Below are positions 60,601 to 64,000 of a DNA stretch of 64,000 bases, in pieces. The notes under the pieces are model-generated. The model saw only the letters and a list, made by a program, of their open reading frames with translations. It searched no databases and was not told the DNA's origin. The position numbers were made by a program, and so were the translations under genes. The first letter of the stretch is position 1, and each line of letters opens with the position of its first letter. This DNA comes from Asterias rubens. Lineage: Eukaryota. The stretch spans positions 3,534,001-3,598,000 of the forward strand of contig NC_047065.1 in NCBI RefSeq assembly GCF_902459465.1, read 5' to 3'.

Positions 60601-63600
60601 ATTGAGCCGATCTATTTTAACTGAAAATAACCAAGTTAATCAGACATCGGTCCCGAGCTCACACACACACAATTGGAGCTGATCTATTTTTAACGAAAAT
60701 ACCAGAATACCCACCCCAAGTCAATCAGACATCGTGCCACCGAGCACCTATTCTCCCTGCATTTAAACAAGTCTTTGATTTAGCCGGCAGTACGTCCGTT
60801 GTGTAGCAGTACGTCCGTAGTGCAGTACGTCCGTAGTGCAGTACGTCCGTAGTGCAGTACGTCCGTAGTGCAGTACATCCGTAGTGCAGTACGTCCGTAG
60901 TGCATGCAGTGTGTCGTCTCTGTACATACAAGTGTACATGCCTGTACATGCATACAGTACTGTGTGTTTTGTGCATGGGGCAAGCTTTTATGAATATGGA
61001 TATGTCGGCAGCCAATCACAGTGTGCTGTCTATTTGGACTTTGGACTCTGTACATGTACATGTATATGCATGAGATATACATGTATAGATGCCTATGCAT
61101 TGGAGGGGGCTGTGCACTGTGTATGCAGCCACACGTGATAGTTGATACTCATGTCGGCTTGAAGCCTTTGCACACTGTATCTGCGGTCACCGCTTTCAAC
61201 ATCAAGCCTCAATTTCTAGAGCCGGTTCGTCGCAGGATCGGCTCCACAGAGCCTTTTATAGTTGGGACTCGGTCTTTTAAAATCGGAACCGACAAAAGCG
61301 GGTACCCGGTTCCACAGAAGAGTGGAACCGCCGGTCCGGTTTTCAATTTGGAACCGGGTAGAACCGGGTAACCGAAGGAACCGCCCAAGCTTACAATATT
61401 GCTATTAGCCCAAGTACATTCTATGCCGTGTTCTTCACGTTCTTCCTCATGCAACCTTCTCTTCCAGCATCAAACAGAACCCCCAGCAGGATGGATATGT
61501 GTGCATTTTACAAGTCTTATTATTATTATTATTATTTATTAGTAAAGCAGGAGACCAAGCCTTCTCCAATGTGGGCCCGGAACTCACTACCAGATAGCTG
61601 CAGAAATGCAAACTCACTTGACTCATTCAAGAAATTGTTTGAAGACTCACTTGTTTCGTCGACAGTGATTTGATTTGTTCTGGGCCATCTTTGATATTGA
61701 TTTGATCTGTGCTGGAGACATCCAAGCGCTTTGCATCCTATGGAAAAGGAGTTCCAAATGCCCGCTTGTCGCTATTATTATTATTAGTAGTAAAGGAACG
61801 TTACAGAATTGGTAAGAAATAAAAACCGCGTAGATCACAGATTTACATAAAACTTACACTGTCTAATGATGATGATAGTAAAAAACATCCCTTGAAATAT
61901 TTCTGTCTGAAATGTCATATTTGATGAGAAATAAATAATCTAACTTCGCGTTTGGAGTTTATCGCTCTCAGTGAGCGTTTTATTCATTTTTATTTTGGCA
62001 TCGATGCAATGCAAAATTTGTAATCGGTCTTTCACTATTCTCTTGTGACCACACAGGTTTGTCAGTTTATGCATATGGTGGATTACATAAAGTGCTTACA
62101 CTGCCAGCAACTGTTTTGTTAGCACAAACCAATTCTGTAATGTTCCTTTAATATACTTAAAACATTCTTTTTGTACAGATACCTGCTCATCACTGTAGGG
62201 ATTGTTTACATCAAGACAAGCCAGCACTCTCGTAAAGACATCATGAAGGACCTGGTGGAGATGTGCCGTGGAGTTCAACATCCACTGCGAGGACTGTTCC
62301 TCAGGAACTACCTCCTACAATGCACACGGAATATCTTGCCTGATGGTACAAAAGAAGAGAAGTAAGAAATCGTTCGTCGATATTAAGCTTAGATATAAAG
62401 TAAAGCAAAGAGTGGCCATGAGCTCTTAAACGTCATAGTTGTGGCCTTCGATAAAGGCCCGAAGGAGAGGTCCTTACTCGCACGACCCTGCAGGGTTTTA
62501 AACAGGCGTTTAAGAGCAAGTCCCTGCCATTTAATTCCCATCAATGAAAGACGAAACATTTGTACATTTTCAAAAACTTTTCGGGTAGGCCTACTGACAA
62601 TTTATTTTTGATGTTTGTACCTTTTCAAATTTTTTTGTTTATTTTTCAAAAACTTAAAAAAAATTCTGTAGGTGCGCGATGGGCTGTGCGCCGCGTGAAC
62701 AAACAGGTTACGCGCTGGTACCAAAAACTATTGCAGCCCGCGTAATTGAAATGGCGGTCTTTAACAGCTCCAGCTATGTTAAGAGCAGCACTGTCCCGAG
62801 CAGCACCCTTTATGTTGTTGCAAATTTGTAGGTTTTCAAAAAGGAAACTGATATAGTACAATGATAAATCAATGATATTCCGTAAATTTTTCTTCAAACC
62901 ATCAGTGAGAATGACTCGGGCACAGTTGAAGACTCCATAGATTTCATCCTCCTGAACTTTGGAGAGATGAACAAACTGTGGGTTCGAATCCAGCACCAGG
63001 GACACTCGAGGGAGCGAGAGCGAAGAGAGAAGGAACGGAAGGAATTGCGGATCCTCGTCGGCACCAATTTAGTCCGTATCAGTCAATTAGAGAATGTAGA
63101 CATGAACAGATACCTTAAGGTACGTGGTTTGATCACCATTAAATATATGTTCATCTAACCCTCCCCTTGCTCAGCCGGATTTGTTGACACAATAATGTCA
63201 GCTTAAGCAGCTCTACGAAACTGTTCAAGTATTTCTGGTCCAGTGAAAATTTTAAGCTGCAACACCAATGCTCTTGTAGATTTTTGTACCTAAATTGGAG
63301 CTCTGAATACCCTCTAGCAACCAGGCAAGCTCGGTGGTCTATTGGTATGACAGCTAAAAAGGTCATGGCTTTGAATCTCACCCGAATAATGTGCCTGTGG
63401 ATTTTTTTCTCTTTTCCACAGGACTCTGGTAAAGTATACAGTGCTCAACAAAATAAGAGTTATGCACAGATTTATACAATTAAAACATGTCAAAGTTGCT
63501 AAAATCATTTGCAAAAGCAGGTTTCTTAAACTCATGGGCAGTTACTTTAAGGTGTGTAAGGCCGTGTCCGAAACGACGACTTCGGCTACAGCTACGTCTA

Positions 63601-64000
63601 GATCAGCGCGTCTACCAGTGTTGAAGAATAGGCAGACGTGCGCGATCTAGCCGTAGCTGTAGCCGAAGTCGCCGTTTCGGACACGGCCTAACTGTTTAAT
63701 AGACCCTTATCATGCTACCAACATCTTGGTCATGTTCCTTGTATCCCCTATCAGCAATGAATATAAAAACATTCATTGCATAAATAGAACCAGACTATTT
63801 CTCCTGCCAGTCTTGGTTTGGTTACATTGATCTAAATAGTAGAAATCAAGATGACCGCACTATGATAACAGTCTATTGCCCCTCTGATATAGTGTACCTC
63901 AGTGCTTGCCACAATTGTTTGAAATTAACCCTATCTCAGGATGATGATATTATGTGCATTTTTTCTGTGCTTCGTTTGACTTTACAGACAGTTCTTCCTG
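57672..64000 (+). CDS. VPS35: Retromer subunit VPS35, 5' part (truncated by window edge)
   Basis: Probable ATG-only first coding exon 57672-57674 (weaker donor GTTCGT), then 59062-59160, 59680-59776, 60292-60415, 62179-62361, 62906-63119, 63988-64000. [120 protein letters not shown]. Confidence 0.97.
58345..58721. mobile_element. Harbinger-like MITE containing an AATAGACC-ended element at 58447-58641
   Basis: AGGCCCAATCACAC / GTGTGACTTGGTCT ends; inner AATAGACCGATCC...GGATCGGTCTATT. Confidence 0.78.
59777..60291 (+). other. VPS35: U12-type (minor spliceosome) GT-AG intron, VPS35 intron 3
   Basis: Donor GTATCCTT matches the U12 consensus; branch motif CCTTAAC at 60272-60278, about 14 nt before the 3' end; no polypyrimidine tract (CATAATGTTACAG). 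Flanking exons join in frame (T+AT = Tyr). Confidence 0.92.
59909..60281 (+). repeat. Degenerate 18-bp minisatellite, ~20 units, consensus approx. KTCTGTTAACCTKAACCA
   Basis: Units read directly, e.g. TTCTGTTAACTTGAACCA, TTCTGCTAACCTGAACCA, GTCTGTTAACATTAACCA, TTCTGTTAACCCTAACCA, GTATGTGAACCTTAACCA. Confidence 0.9.
60474..61393. mobile_element. 920-bp non-autonomous hAT-like element (VPS35 intron 4)
   Basis: 17-bp TIR TAAGCTTGGGCGGTTCC / GGAACCGCCCAAGCTTA; CAATATTG on both flanks (8-bp TSD, but palindromic so could be TIR); subterminal AACCG/CGGTT repeats. Confidence 0.82.
60787..60903. repeat. 16-bp minisatellite (GCAGTACGTCCGTAGT)x~7 inside the hAT-like element
   Basis: Six near-identical units plus one variant, read directly. 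Confidence 0.92.
61555..61789 (+). mobile_element. Decayed L2/CR1 LINE 3' end
   Basis: [19 protein letters not shown] then ..CAAGCGCTTTG.. and (TAT)n tail. Confidence 0.7.
61790..62151. mobile_element. Kolobok-like MITE family D (VPS35 intron 4)
   Basis: AAAGGAACGTTACAGAATTGG ... CCAATTCTGTAATGTTCCTTTAA; reverse partial copy at ~45240-45377. Confidence 0.8.
63560..63688. mobile_element. PIF/Harbinger-like palindromic MITE, TAA target duplication
   Basis: TAA-GGCCGTGTCCGAAACGACGACTTCGGCTACAGCTACG ... CGTAGCTGTAGCCGAAGTCGCCGTTTCGGACACGGCC-TAA. Confidence 0.88.

Noticed and set aside
60725-61454. Several overlapping ORFs with TTDVLHYG-type repeats; array superficially CRISPR-like
   Set aside because: Head-to-tail 16-bp minisatellite without unique spacers, inside a hAT-like element; eukaryotic context, no cas genes.

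Overview
AT-rich, intron-rich animal genomic DNA. Proteins and repeat landscape suggest an invertebrate deuterostome, probably a sea star; this is an inference, not checked. By hand I reconstructed eight complete spliced genes with canonical splice sites and consistent phases: NDUFAF6 (+), a secreted F-type-lectin/PAN protein (-), GINS3 (+), CENPL (-), CTDP1/FCP1 (+), MRPS17 (-), a NECAB orthologue (+) and a MADF-BESS protein (+). The 5' part of VPS35 (+) runs off the right edge, and there is a probable first coding exon of a mitochondrial protein (-) near the left edge. The first eight are four consecutive head-to-head pairs. Introns and intergenic DNA are packed with non-autonomous DNA transposons (TTAA-flanked Kolobok-like, TWA-flanked PIF/Harbinger-like, one hAT-like), tRNA-derived SINEs, L2/CR1 3' ends and long palindromes. 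Most striking: (1) a U12-type intron in VPS35 whose branch point is the last unit of a ~20-copy 18-bp minisatellite of branch-point-like motifs; (2) minimal Penelope-type hammerhead ribozyme motifs, one with an intact core and one degenerate copy at the apex of a palindromic element family; (3) an FTP-PAN lectin with a remodelled fucose-binding motif and disulfide pattern. No prokaryotic features, CRISPR arrays, rRNA or bona fide tRNA genes were found. Coordinates were counted by hand; repeat boundaries are approximate.
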